64,000 bases of DNA from IMG/VR virus record IMGVR_UViG_3300027608_000010, one strand, 5' to 3'. Position 1 is the stretch's first letter. The number at the start of each line of letters is the position of its first letter. This document shows, in pieces, positions 1 to 10,251 of this stretch. The stretch is from a virus. Taxonomy: Duplodnaviria; Caudoviricetes. Position numbers and translations under genes: made by a program. A model generated the notes under the pieces. It was not told where the DNA came from. It ran no database searches and saw only the letters and a list, made by a program, of their open reading frames with translations.

Positions 1-2
1 AT

Positions 3-3000
3 ATTGGTGGCGGAATTATATCTATCGGAACGGCAACGGTAGGCAATGTAGTAACAGCTAATGCTAATATCACAGGTATTGCTAATGTTGGTTCGTTGTC
101 ATCTCAGGGTAATGTCAATGTAACACAGCAAATATTTGCTGACGGTAATATCAATGCATCAACAGCATGGGTTAATGCACAGAATGCTAGTTTGGGGAAT
201 GTAACATCTACTGGTAATATCGGAACAACTGGTAATATTAATGCAAGTAGTGGTTGGATTAATGCAGCCAATGCAAATTTCACTTCAATGCTTGTTGGCA
301 ATATTACGGGTAATATTTCTGGTAACACAATGCGAAGTAATGCACTAACTGTTTCCGGCACTTCTAATTTCTCACACGTAGTTCTACCTACAATAGCGTC
401 AGTGTCAATGGCATCTATATCAGCAAGTAGTACTACTATTACAGTTACAACTACAGCCGATCATGGCATGACAGTGGCAGGAGCACAGATAACACTATCA
501 GGTGTTTCTGGTACCAATGCTCCAAGTGGACCTTATACAGTTGCTACAGTTCCCACTAATACAACATTTACATTTACTGCAACTGTAGCGCCATCGGGTG
601 GTATTTCTGGTGGAACATTAACTATTAGACCATTATTAACAAGTACAGGATCAGGATCATTTGGCGGTACAATGACTGTTACGGGTACTGGTACATTTGG
701 TAATGCTGCTACTACTCACCTAACAGCATCGGGTGATTTGTATGCAAATGGTGGTTTAATAAAATCTGCTAATGCAAACTTTACCGGAACTGCATCTTTA
801 TTACACATTGATTCAACAGGTAATGCTAACTTTAGTGGATCTGTATTCAAAGTAACAGCTTCTGCCTCATTCGCTGAAGTACCTACTGCGGGTAACATTA
901 CTTCACAAGCAAATATTCAGGCTGCGAACCTAGTTGCAACAAATACATTGACCGGAGGTAATTTATCTACTCCGGGACAATTAACAGTCGCTGGTACAGC
1001 TAATGTATCTCACATGACTTTACCATCAGTTGTATTAACTGGTACGTCAGCAATCACATCAATTCTATACAATACTGTTACTATTCGTGTAACCACTGTT
1101 AATTCGCACGGTATGGCAGTAATTGGAGCAACTGTTGTTGTAACCAATGCAAGCACAACAACCAATGGTACTTGGATTGTTTCTAATATTGTCGATTCAA
1201 AAAGATTTGAATTTGTAGTTAACGTAGCACCATCAGCATCAATAACCGTAGGAGCAACTACATCTATAACAATTAAACCAATATTATCTAGTTCTGGGTC
1301 AGCATCTATTGCCGGAACAATGTCTGCTGGTAACGTTGGAACAACTCACGTTGATGCTAGTGGTAATATATCTGCCTCATCTGGGTATGTATTCTCAAAA
1401 AATGCAAACGTTACTGGATTAGCCAACGTAGGCAATTTAGTAACAGGCGGAAACTTATATGCAAATTCTGGATTAATTAAAGCACTGAGTTCAAACATAA
1501 CCGGTACATTAACCTCATTACACATTGATTCAACAGGTAATGCTAACTTTAGTGGATCTGTATTCAAAGTAACAGCAAATGCAAATATTGGTAATATCAG
1601 TAATATCATGCACATTGTGTCTACTGGTACTATTTCTACTAGTGGTTTACTAAAATCCGCAAATGCCAATATTACTGGTTTAGCTACTCTTGCAAGTGCT
1701 AATGTCACTGGAAATAGCTCACACGGTAATATTGAGTCACTTGGTATATTAAACGTTGTCGGCAATGCTAGTGTAGGTAACTTCAGTACTGCAATAATAA
1801 GTGCTACTGGTAGTGCTAGTATTGGTGGAGGATTATCCGTTACTGGTAGTGCTAATGTTGGTAACTTACAATTCCCTGCATCAGCTACTGTATTAGGAAC
1901 AATTTCTGCAACATATGCATCTACTACTATTACGATTATTAGTACAATTGCACACCAACTAAGTGTTGGTAATGAAGTTGTATTATCAGGTATAACAGCA
2001 GCAACAAATGCACCTAATGGTGTCTATGTGATTGCAACAATCCCAGGAACACCACAAGTAGGTGGACAACCTAGTAGCTTTACAGTCACAGCCGCAGTAG
2101 CACCAACAGGTACATTAGGTGGAACAATTGTTGTAACAGTAAGACCTTTAATCTCTAGTGCAGGTTCTGGTATCTTTGATGGTCGATTAAAAGTAGGCGG
2201 CAATGCAGAAATTTTAGGTAGTTTAACTGGATTAACTTCATTGTCAGTAAGTACATTGATTTCAGGAGCTACTTTCCAAGCATCTGATTTTAACGGATCA
2301 AATGCTAATATAACAGGTAACGCAAAATTTGGTAATTTGTCAACACCTGGATTAGCAAACATAACAGGTCAAATTATTGCAGGTGGTAACTTAACAATCA
2401 CTAGTACTAATCAATCTAACTTTAGTGGTAATCTTGGCATCCCTCACTTATTTGCATCAGGCAACGTACAGGGAAATGTTCTAGTATCTTCAACTATAAT
2501 CACTGCGATAGGAAATGTTTCCGGTGGTAATTTAACTACCAATGGAATGTTAAAGGTAGACGGCAATGCAAGTGTAGGTAACATCACTACAAAAGATATC
2601 AATGGTACATTAGTTTCTGTGTCAGGAAACGTATCCGGTGCTAACTTAATTGCTAGTGGTATATTGACTGTTGCAGGTACTGCTAACATAGCAAGTTTAT
2701 CGTTACCAAGTACCCTTAAAGGAATTACTTCAATTACTAATTCTGGTACTACGGTAACTGTTACTACAACTACTGATCATGGCGGAAGTATGGGCACTGA
2801 ATTTACATTGACCGGTACAACAGCAACTACATTCCCGCCAAATATTAATGCAGGTGGAAATCCAGCATGGTTTGTAATTGCTACTGCCACATCAAATACA
2901 TTTACATTTACTGTGGCATCAGCACCTACAGGCACAATTGGTATTTCAGTTGCCTCATTAAACTTCAGACCATTCTTAGTTAGCACTGGTTCAGCAACCT

Positions 3001-3809
3001 TTGGTGGTGGATTAACTGCAACAGGGACAGTTATAGCTGGTCAATTCACTGGATATGCAAATGGTCTTCAAAATATACCAGCAGCAAATATAACTGGTTA
3101 TGCTCCATTAGCTAATGTGGCTAATACAGCAGTTACTGCTGGATCTGCTACAACGGTTACCGGTGCTTCACAGACAAATATTACTGAAGTTGGTAATCTA
3201 CTTAAATTATTTGTAGGTAATGCAACAGCTAATACTAATTTTGGAAATGGAACAATATCGTTAACTGGCAATTTGAATGCAGGTAACATACTTGGAAACG
3301 GATTCTTCTTAGCATCTGCAAATGGAGCAAACGTTTTAGGCAATGTAGCAGGTGCAACATTAGCTTACGGTCTATCCCCAGGACCGTATACTAGTATTAA
3401 TGCAGTAGGTACATTAAGTTCTTTAACTATAACCGGTGACACAGTTACTGGTTTAGCAAATGTTAACGGTCTTATAGTTAGAGATGCAACAGGTAGTCAC
3501 GTTAATTTTAGCACCAATCAAACACTAACTGCTCAATCTACTGCACCTGCAATGAATAAAACAATTAACATTATATCTGGAGTTGGAGTAGCTCCATATA
3601 ACGTCACGATGCCTACAATAGCTTTGGGTAGAAGTATATTTGTGTTTAATGATTCAGCACAGACAATCAATATATTACCAATTGGTGCTGGTGTGAATTT
3701 GGATGGGTTTACAGGCGGTGCATCCTTTCCATTGGGTGCAGGAGCAAGAATTCAATTTGTAGCCGGCACATTAACAAAATGGTATGCTCTAACAGGAGTT
3801 TATTCTTAA
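3..3809 (+). CDS. Very long G/N/T/S-rich tail fibre or adhesin-like virion protein, 5' end outside the window, with four ~50-aa 'TITVTT..HG' beta modules (E1-FCCH-like modules seen in phage virion proteins)
   Basis: The frame of ORF 96..3809 is open back to base 3 (IGGGIISIGTATVGN...). It has repetitive GN/ANI/TG composition and four copies of T(I/V)xVTTxxxHG...G.Y.V...FTFT near 430, 1080, 1925 and 2750. Confidence 0.75.
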   Translation: MGGGIISIGTATVGNVVTANANITGIANVGSLSSQGNVNVTQQIFADGNINASTAWVNAQNASLGNVTSTGNIGTTGNINASSGWINAANANFTSMLVGNITGNISGNTMRSNALTVSGTSNFSHVVLPTIASVSMASISASSTTITVTTTADHGMTVAGAQITLSGVSGTNAPSGPYTVATVPTNTTFTFTATVAPSGGISGGTLTIRPLLTSTGSGSFGGTMTVTGTGTFGNAATTHLTASGDLYANGGLIKSANANFTGTASLLHIDSTGNANFSGSVFKVTASASFAEVPTAGNITSQANIQAANLVATNTLTGGNLSTPGQLTVAGTANVSHMTLPSVVLTGTSAITSILYNTVTIRVTTVNSHGMAVIGATVVVTNASTTTNGTWIVSNIVDSKRFEFVVNVAPSASITVGATTSITIKPILSSSGSASIAGTMSAGNVGTTHVDASGNISASSGYVFSKNANVTGLANVGNLVTGGNLYANSGLIKALSSNITGTLTSLHIDSTGNANFSGSVFKVTANANIGNISNIMHIVSTGTISTSGLLKSANANITGLATLASANVTGNSSHGNIESLGILNVVGNASVGNFSTAIISATGSASIGGGLSVTGSANVGNLQFPASATVLGTISATYASTTITIISTIAHQLSVGNEVVLSGITAATNAPNGVYVIATIPGTPQVGGQPSSFTVTAAVAPTGTLGGTIVVTVRPLISSAGSGIFDGRLKVGGNAEILGSLTGLTSLSVSTLISGATFQASDFNGSNANITGNAKFGNLSTPGLANITGQIIAGGNLTITSTNQSNFSGNLGIPHLFASGNVQGNVLVSSTIITAIGNVSGGNLTTNGMLKVDGNASVGNITTKDINGTLVSVSGNVSGANLIASGILTVAGTANIASLSLPSTLKGITSITNSGTTVTVTTTTDHGGSMGTEFTLTGTTATTFPPNINAGGNPAWFVIATATSNTFTFTVASAPTGTIGISVASLNFRPFLVSTGSATFGGGLTATGTVIAGQFTGYANGLQNIPAANITGYAPLANVANTAVTAGSATTVTGASQTNITEVGNLLKLFVGNATANTNFGNGTISLTGNLNAGNILGNGFFLASANGANVLGNVAGATLAYGLSPGPYTSINAVGTLSSLTITGDTVTGLANVNGLIVRDATGSHVNFSTNQTLTAQSTAPAMNKTINIISGVGVAPYNVTMPTIALGRSIFVFNDSAQTINILPIGAGVNLDGFTGGASFPLGAGARIQFVAGTLTKWYALTGVYS
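800..859 (+). repeat. 60-bp perfect direct repeat, copy 1 (copy 2 at 1517..1576)
   Basis: attacacattgattcaacaggtaatgctaactttagtggatctgtattcaaagtaacagc is identical at both positions and encodes LHIDSTGNANFSGSVFKVTA. Confidence 0.95.
1517..1576 (+). repeat. 60-bp perfect direct repeat, copy 2
   Basis: Identical to 800..859. Confidence 0.95.
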
Positions 3810-3819
3810 AAGGAAAATT

Positions 3820-4443
3820 ATGATAACATTGGAATTATTACAGGCATTATGCCCAAAAACTAAAGTAGCAGTACTAAAAGTATATGCTCAACCCTTACAT
3901 GAAGTAGCAGAATACTATGACATGTATGATAACATGCGTAGAGCGGCAGCATTTGTTGCACAAACTGCACATGAATCAGGTGGCTTTAACTTTGTTAAAG
4001 AAAATCTAAACTACAGTGCTAAAGGATTGATGGGTACTTTTAAAAAGTATTTCCCTACTGATGACTTAGCAAGACAGTATGAACGCAAGCCAGAAAAGAT
4101 TGCAAATCGTGTTTACGGTGGACGTATGGGCAATGGTCCAGAAGAATCAGGTGATGGTTATAAGTTCTGTGGTCGTGGATTGATTCAGTTAACAGGTAAA
4201 CAAAATTATACTAAGTTTGCCGCAGATTTAGGTATCAGTATTGACGAGACTGTTGCATATTTAGAAACACCTGAAGGTGCAGTAAGCAGTGCAGGTTGGT
4301 TCTGGGATAACAACAACTTAAATCAATATTGTGATAGTGATGATTTTGTTACATTGACAAAACGAATCAACGGCGGAACTATTGGGCTTGAAGATAGACA
4401 ACATCATTATCATCTTGCATTAGATTTATTACAAGGACATTAA
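3820..4443 (+). CDS. Glycoside hydrolase family 19 lysozyme (endolysin)
   Basis: AAFVAQTAHESGGF, ENLNYS, IANRVYGGRMGNG, GRGLIQLTGKQNY and TKRINGG match the GH19 phage endolysin motifs. Confidence 0.92.
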   Translation: MITLELLQALCPKTKVAVLKVYAQPLHEVAEYYDMYDNMRRAAAFVAQTAHESGGFNFVKENLNYSAKGLMGTFKKYFPTDDLARQYERKPEKIANRVYGGRMGNGPEESGDGYKFCGRGLIQLTGKQNYTKFAADLGISIDETVAYLETPEGAVSSAGWFWDNNNLNQYCDSDDFVTLTKRINGGTIGLEDRQHHYHLALDLLQGH

Positions 4444-4444
4444 T

Positions 4445-6607
4445 ATGTCACAGCCGGTTTGGAAAACCCCCGCAGGAGATTTAGGAACCTATAATATAGG
4501 AACCCCAATAAATTTAACATTGAGTGCGGCAGCAACATTTCCTGCAAGTTATTTAGAATATAAATTATTAAGCGGAGAATTACCAACAGGTGTATCTTTA
4601 GACGCATTTGGAAATATTAACGGTATTCCCTCAAATAGTTTAGTTGAAAAAAATTTCACTTTCACAATACGTGCTACTGATGAGTTAAATAAAATACGTG
4701 ATAGAACATTTAACCTAGCAACGTCAAGTGTAATTAATAAACCAAAAATAACTACGCTGCCAGGTGAAATCATAAACGTAATTGATAGTTTGTATGTAGA
4801 TTATAAAATTCAATATTCAAATGTCGTTTCGTCAAATAACATATCATTTACTATCCTGGCAGGAAATTTACCACCGGGATTATATTTAAATCCTGAGGGA
4901 ATAATTAAAGGTTATCCCAAAAAACCGTTTTTAGCTAACAAAAGCCCAACAACTATAAAATATACCTTTACAGTGTTATTGACAAGTGATTTGGGAAATG
5001 ATATTGCTATTTTTTCAATCGTGGTAAGAAATAAACAATTATCAAGTCCACTCAATAATAGAATTCCGGTAATCTTAAATAAAAAACCATTACATGAACC
5101 TATTAGGGTCGATGATCCATACACTGATTATTATTTGTTAGAAGGTGAATCAATATCTACTATCAAAGCTAATGAATATTTTGCTTTTAAAATAATTGCA
5201 GTAGATTTTGATAACTCGCTCATCGATTATCAATTTGGTGGACTGCCACCTGGACTAGTTGGTAATAGTACTACTGGTTGGATTACGGGCATCCCAAAAG
5301 AACCTAGAAAAAATATTGTAACATATGATATTTCAGTCAGTGTAGCAAAAAGAAATAATCAAACATTAGTTTCTGCCCAAGAAATTTTTAGAATTAGTAT
5401 ACGTAAAGATATTGAAGAAGATATTGCATGGAATACCGGTAGTGATTTAGGAACAATATTCAATGGTACAATAAGTATGCTTAAAGTTTCAGCTACTGCT
5501 ACTGAATCATTAGTGTATGAAGTTGTCAGTGGTTCTTTACCTAAAAACTTAGTTTTATTAGAAACTGGTGAAATTGCAGGAAGAGTGGCTCAACAACCTG
5601 ACGTTTACAAAATATTAACAATAGGTGATACTATTGAATTCAATTTTACTATTAGAGCATTTAGCAGAACTTATCCGTTACTAACAAAAAGTAAACAATT
5701 TAAAATTACGGTATATCAATACTACCCTGAACCGTTAGAGAATGTATATTTCAAAGCATTCCCTAATACTTATGGAAAACGAGTAATTTTATCATTATTG
5801 ACAGATACCAGTTTAATACCAACTGACTATCTATATAGACCCAATGACATGTATTTTGGAAAAGCAACAGATGTTAGATTTGTTCATGTATATGGAATAA
5901 CTGCTAGTTCAATGCAGAGTTATATTAACGCTACACAGAAAAATTACTATGAACGTAAAATTACGTTAGGTGAAATAAAAACAGCGATAGCCACTGATTC
6001 TGACGGTACTGTATTGTATGAAGTAGTATACAGTAATATTATAGATAATTTACAAAATGAAAACGGTAAGGGAGTATCAGATAAATTAACTTTTAATAAT
6101 CCAATAAGTTTACGATTGGGCCCTTGGTTCATTAATAACTCCTCACTATTAATCAATACGTCTACTGTTAAAATTAATGCGAGTCCCGGAACAACTATGT
6201 TTGTATATCCTGCAGGATTGCATAACATGAGATCAGCATTAACATCAAATATTACTCAAAATTTTGATAATAGATTGATGCCGTTGTGGATGACCTCACA
6301 ACAAACGGATACAACACTAGATTCTACTTTGGGCTATGTACAGGGATGGATTATATGTTATACTAAACCTGGATATGCTGAGATTATTAAAAATAATATC
6401 AATGAAAATTGGAATTATACGCTAAATGAAATTGATTTTACTATAGATCGATTCATAGTTGACAAGAGTGCAACATATAACTGGAATACTAACTTGACTA
6501 TTCCTTCTTGGAGTGATTTACCAAGTGCAACACCTGTACCGGACCCATTCGATTCGAATGATGCAGTTGTTCTTTTCAGCAAAAAAACTATTTTACCAAA
6601 TAGTTAA
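4445..6607 (+). CDS. Virion structural protein with repeated putative Ig (He_PIG-like) domains, baseplate/tail
   Basis: Repeated Y.LLSG.LP.G.SL...G.I.G.P units and W.T..G.LG motifs; lies in a structural gene context. Confidence 0.65.
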   Translation: MSQPVWKTPAGDLGTYNIGTPINLTLSAAATFPASYLEYKLLSGELPTGVSLDAFGNINGIPSNSLVEKNFTFTIRATDELNKIRDRTFNLATSSVINKPKITTLPGEIINVIDSLYVDYKIQYSNVVSSNNISFTILAGNLPPGLYLNPEGIIKGYPKKPFLANKSPTTIKYTFTVLLTSDLGNDIAIFSIVVRNKQLSSPLNNRIPVILNKKPLHEPIRVDDPYTDYYLLEGESISTIKANEYFAFKIIAVDFDNSLIDYQFGGLPPGLVGNSTTGWITGIPKEPRKNIVTYDISVSVAKRNNQTLVSAQEIFRISIRKDIEEDIAWNTGSDLGTIFNGTISMLKVSATATESLVYEVVSGSLPKNLVLLETGEIAGRVAQQPDVYKILTIGDTIEFNFTIRAFSRTYPLLTKSKQFKITVYQYYPEPLENVYFKAFPNTYGKRVILSLLTDTSLIPTDYLYRPNDMYFGKATDVRFVHVYGITASSMQSYINATQKNYYERKITLGEIKTAIATDSDGTVLYEVVYSNIIDNLQNENGKGVSDKLTFNNPISLRLGPWFINNSSLLINTSTVKINASPGTTMFVYPAGLHNMRSALTSNITQNFDNRLMPLWMTSQQTDTTLDSTLGYVQGWIICYTKPGYAEIIKNNINENWNYTLNEIDFTIDRFIVDKSATYNWNTNLTIPSWSDLPSATPVPDPFDSNDAVVLFSKKTILPNS

Positions 6608-6609
6608 AC

Positions 6610-6617
6610 TATAAATA
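6610..6617 (+). promoter_or_regulatory. T4-type late promoter TATAAATA
   Basis: Exact TATAAATA in the intergenic gap upstream of 6637. Confidence 0.7.
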
Positions 6618-6636
6618 GAAGACGGAATTAAAAATT

Positions 6637-7455
6637 ATGAGTTCAATTAACACTAGTGCAATTAACACAGCTTACCCAATCCCTGGAGTGAATAATAGCA
6701 CCCAAGGATTCAGGGATAACTTTACCAGTATTAAGAATAACTTAGATACTGCAAAAACAGAGTTAAATGACCTACAAAATAAAGTTCTTGTAAAATCTGC
6801 ATTAGCTGGTAGAACATTAGATAATAATATGGCAGGCGTATTGATATCTAATGCTAGTATTAAAGGATTTCGCCAACCAATGCATAATATGGGTTCTAGC
6901 ATAAGTGATACTCTATTAATTGATGTAACTAAAGGTGATGTACAATACGGAACTATTGTTGGTGACACTACTATTAGTTTTGCTGGCTGGGCCACTACTG
7001 GTACATTGTGTAGTGTTCAACTTAATTTGACTATTGATTGGAACGCTGGATATACTATCTATTTACCTAGTACAGTTTATAATGCACAAGCAACCATTGC
7101 CAATGGAATGGATGCTACGGTAACTATATTAGAAAATTACGGGTTCATCGGTACTCCTGGAGTAAATGCTACCGTAACTAATCAAATTACTGCACCTGCA
7201 GGTGTTACTGAATTACAGTTAAAATTTAGTACAGTAAATTGTGGCACAACAATAAGTGTACAGCCATTAAATAGAAATCAAACTACTTCTTATATAAATT
7301 TAAGACAACCTACCAACAAGGGTGTGCCTGGTGACATGCCCGGAGCTATTTGTTTCGATGGATATGATTTGTATATATGTATTGGAGCATATGACGGTTC
7401 TACTACTATCTGGGGTAAACCTGGTTGGTCATTAGTTCCGGCAGAGACAACTTAA
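6637..7455 (+). CDS. Virion structural protein (tail/baseplate-like)
   Basis: N-terminal YPIPGVNNSTQGFRDNFTSIK followed by a short coiled segment and a beta-rich C-terminus; downstream of a late promoter. Confidence 0.5.
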   Translation: MSSINTSAINTAYPIPGVNNSTQGFRDNFTSIKNNLDTAKTELNDLQNKVLVKSALAGRTLDNNMAGVLISNASIKGFRQPMHNMGSSISDTLLIDVTKGDVQYGTIVGDTTISFAGWATTGTLCSVQLNLTIDWNAGYTIYLPSTVYNAQATIANGMDATVTILENYGFIGTPGVNATVTNQITAPAGVTELQLKFSTVNCGTTISVQPLNRNQTTSYINLRQPTNKGVPGDMPGAICFDGYDLYICIGAYDGSTTIWGKPGWSLVPAETT

Positions 7456-7691
7456 TGGAACACCCTTTCATGCCAGATTTGTCAAATAAAACAATAGATG
7501 AACTACAAACATCTATTCAAGATTTAACTAGTAAATTAACTTTTGCACATCGTATTGGTAAAGAGTTTATGGTAAATCAAATACATATGGTTCTTGAAGG
7601 CTATAACAAAGAATATGCCAAGAGAATGGATGAACTGTACAAGAAGCAAAACATCCAAAACAATATCAAAATTGACAATAATAAAGCCTAA
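7455..7691 (+). CDS. Hypothetical protein (78 aa, MEHPFMPDL...)
   Basis: ATG overlaps the upstream stop (TAATG), which is a better start than 7425. Confidence 0.6.
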   Translation: MEHPFMPDLSNKTIDELQTSIQDLTSKLTFAHRIGKEFMVNQIHMVLEGYNKEYAKRMDELYKKQNIQNNIKIDNNKA

Positions 7692-7706
7692 AAGGGCAAA
7701 TAGCTA

Positions 7707-7735
7707 TTGTATTTTTGTAGAAACTATGTTATCAT
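7707..7735 (+). promoter_or_regulatory. Sigma70-like promoter
   Basis: TTGTAT-17 nt-TATCAT upstream of 7742. Confidence 0.45.
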
Positions 7736-7741
7736 AGCACA

Positions 7742-8248
7742 ATGCAAATTGATATATACGGTCAGCAAATTTTAGATGAAATGGACTTATGCAGTGCCTT
7801 TCTATCTGACCCCAACATAAAAATCAAAAACGCATTAGTCTCTGATGATATCTATTTTGATAAAGATTTAGAGATAGAAAATATACCCACATTCAAGAAA
7901 TATGTCAAGCAATCTATAACTAAGGAAGAGTTTGACAATCAATTACAACGTAATTGGTTTATTCCAGAAGAATACAATCAATTAGATATAGCCAAACATG
8001 TACTAGACTTATGTCAAACTGACGCAGAATTACAACGAGTTGGGCAAGAGTTAATATTATATCAGCAACGAGATTTGTTTCAATTATTGCGTTATTGTAA
8101 GTATCTAGTTGATACTATGAGAGCAAATAAAGTTGTTTGGGGAGTAGGTCGTGGTAGTAGTGTATCCAGTTATGTTCTGTATTTGATGGGGATACACAGA
8201 ATAAATAGTTTGCATTATGACTTGTCCATTGACGAGTTCTTAAAATAA
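7742..8248 (+). CDS. Stand-alone fragment homologous to the DNA polymerase III alpha (DnaE) region around the GRGS motif, ending before the catalytic aspartates
   Basis: QRVGQEL...YLVDTMRANKVVWGVGRGSSVSSYVLYLMGIHRINSLHYDLSIDEFLK aligns with DnaE 'GPGRGSAAGSLVAY.L.IT..DP..Y.LLFERFLN'. It stops before PDxD. Confidence 0.8.
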   Translation: MQIDIYGQQILDEMDLCSAFLSDPNIKIKNALVSDDIYFDKDLEIENIPTFKKYVKQSITKEEFDNQLQRNWFIPEEYNQLDIAKHVLDLCQTDAELQRVGQELILYQQRDLFQLLRYCKYLVDTMRANKVVWGVGRGSSVSSYVLYLMGIHRINSLHYDLSIDEFLK

Positions 8249-8258
8249 GGAGAAAATT

Positions 8259-8627
8259 ATGCATAGATCAGCATTAGGTAAAACAGTAGATATGTCTTCA
8301 TTGGTTTCAAAAAATGAAAAAGTACGTGCCGTGGGTAACATGAACGTAAATGCTAGAGGTGATATTATCGACAGTCACGGCAGAGTGGTACAGGATAATA
8401 CACAACGAGTTAAAAGACAATATAGTAATACTGTTAATAAACCATCAATTCAAGAAGATGTACAACCAGAAGTTGTAACTCCTGTAGTTACTCCTCCACC
8501 GGTAGTAGAAGTAATAGCACCTGACTTGAATCCAGAAGAACAAAAAATGTTTGAAGAATTTGATGATTACGAAGAAGTTGAAGAAATCAAGCAAACCGAA
8601 ACAGAGAAACCGAAAGCAAAGAAATGA
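8259..8627 (+). CDS. Hypothetical protein
   Basis: RBS GGAG, 122-aa ORF with an acidic, Pro-rich C-terminus. Confidence 0.6.
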   Translation: MHRSALGKTVDMSSLVSKNEKVRAVGNMNVNARGDIIDSHGRVVQDNTQRVKRQYSNTVNKPSIQEDVQPEVVTPVVTPPPVVEVIAPDLNPEEQKMFEEFDDYEEVEEIKQTETEKPKAKK

Positions 8628-8992
8628 AATTAGCGTTTGAACCACATAAGTTTAGTAAAGAGAGTTTTAAACCCGTTGGAAAACATATCATTGTAAGTGA
8701 TATGGAATTTGATGAGCGAATCACGACAGGTGGAATCGTGTTGTTATCTGATAATCGTAAGGATCATGGTATCAGACCACGCTGGGCGCAAGTATATGCA
8801 TTGGGTTCTGACTTCAATGATGATGAGATACAAGTGGGTAAATGGATTTGTATTAGTCATGGAAGATGGACACGGGGCATTGATGTTGAAGATGAAACGG
8901 GAGAAAAGACGTTGCGTAGAGTCGATGAAAATGATATACTACTAGTATCAGACGAACCCGTCTATGATTTAACAATTGGTGAAAAAGGATAA
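8624..8992 (+). CDS. groES: GroES/Cpn10-family co-chaperonin (functional analogue of T4 gp31)
   Basis: FKPVGKHIIV...ERITTGGIVL mobile-loop motif, AQVYALG, VGKWI and ENDILLV match the Cpn10 pattern. Confidence 0.75.
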   Translation: MKLAFEPHKFSKESFKPVGKHIIVSDMEFDERITTGGIVLLSDNRKDHGIRPRWAQVYALGSDFNDDEIQVGKWICISHGRWTRGIDVEDETGEKTLRRVDENDILLVSDEPVYDLTIGEKG

Positions 8993-8994
8993 AA

Positions 8995-9324
8995 ATGAAA
9001 TGGTTAGATAATTGGTTCTTAAAGAAAGTACGTTGGGCTTGGGATCATCAAGAAGCAGACGAAGGACCCAATCTTGTTATGACTGGTAGTAAAAGACAAA
9101 ACATCGGTCGTGCGATTTCAACAAGACATGATTCTTCTGGTGAATTAGAAAGTCGTGGGGTATCATTCAATCTATATTCTGCTAACGGCGGGCATGTAGT
9201 TGAACTGCGTAACTATGATGATAAAGCAGACAGAATAAAAAACTCATTACATATCATACCACATGACAAAGACTTGGGTGAAGCACTTAACCACATTATC
9301 ACTTACGAAGCATTAAAACGATGA
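8995..9324 (+). CDS. Hypothetical protein
   Basis: 109-aa ORF coupled to its neighbours. Confidence 0.6.
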   Translation: MKWLDNWFLKKVRWAWDHQEADEGPNLVMTGSKRQNIGRAISTRHDSSGELESRGVSFNLYSANGGHVVELRNYDDKADRIKNSLHIIPHDKDLGEALNHIITYEALKR

Positions 9325-10244
9325 AAAATCAACTCTGGGTAGAAAAATATAGACCTCATTCTGTAGAAGATTATGTCTTTGTAGATGACAGACAGAAAGA
9401 GCAAGTTAACGGTTGGATAGAAACTGAAAGCATCCCTCATCTATTGTTAAGTGGCGAACCCGGTACAGGTAAGACTACACTTGCAAAAGTTCTTATACAA
9501 GAATTAGGTGTAGAAGAATATGATGTATTGGAAATCAATGCATCACGTGAGAATAGTGTTGACGTAGTGCGAAACAAAATCATTGGCTTTGTGCAAACAA
9601 TGCCATTTGGTAAATTCAAAGTCGTATTATTAGATGAGGCAGATTATCTAACTCCAGCAGGTCAGGCAGCATTGCGTAATGATATGGAAGCATATCACAT
9701 GACTGCACGATTTATTCTAACTTGTAACTATGAACACAGAATTATCCCTGCACTTAAAAGCAGATGTCATGAATTTAGAATAACTAAAACGGATAAGACA
9801 GAATTTACTGCACGTGCCGCAACAGTATTGGTTGCTGAGAACATAGACTTTGATTTAGATATACTAGATAGCTATGTCAGTGCTACATATCCTGACTTGC
9901 GTAAGTGTTTGAATCAGATTCAAGTAAATAGTAGTACGGGTAAATTGTTACCTCCAGTAGATGCTGGCAAAGGTGAAGATGAATTGCTTTTTGAAGCAAC
10001 ACAATTGTTTAAAGCAGGTAAAATTTTAGAAGGTCGTCAGCAATTACTACAACATTTAAGTTTATATCCTAGTAGATTAGAAGATATCTATCGTTGGCTG
10101 TATAATAATTTAGATTTGTGGGGTAATTCAAACGAGAAGCGTGATGCTAGTATCATTATCATTCGTAATGGTCTAGCGAATCTATCAATGGTTGGCATCC
10201 CTGAGATCAGTCTTGCAGCCACAATGGTAGAATTAACAAGTTGA
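9321..10244 (+). CDS. Clamp loader ATPase subunit (RFC small / T4 gp44-like)
   Basis: LWVEKYRP, Walker A GEPGTGKTT, EINAS, Walker B LLDEAD, and the SRC arginine finger (LKSRC). Confidence 0.93.
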   Translation: MKNQLWVEKYRPHSVEDYVFVDDRQKEQVNGWIETESIPHLLLSGEPGTGKTTLAKVLIQELGVEEYDVLEINASRENSVDVVRNKIIGFVQTMPFGKFKVVLLDEADYLTPAGQAALRNDMEAYHMTARFILTCNYEHRIIPALKSRCHEFRITKTDKTEFTARAATVLVAENIDFDLDILDSYVSATYPDLRKCLNQIQVNSSTGKLLPPVDAGKGEDELLFEATQLFKAGKILEGRQQLLQHLSLYPSRLEDIYRWLYNNLDLWGNSNEKRDASIIIIRNGLANLSMVGIPEISLAATMVELTS

Positions 10245-10251
10245 GAACAAT

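Noticed and set aside
104-3343. Several minus-strand ORFs under the first fibre gene (and similar ones under other long genes)
   Set aside because: They are antisense shadows of repetitive, stop-poor coding sequence, with no RBS or motifs.
7742-8248. Split-intein or frameshifted dnaE
   Set aside because: No intein N-terminal motif follows the fragment, and the downstream sequence has its own RBS and an unrelated ORF with no PDxD continuation.
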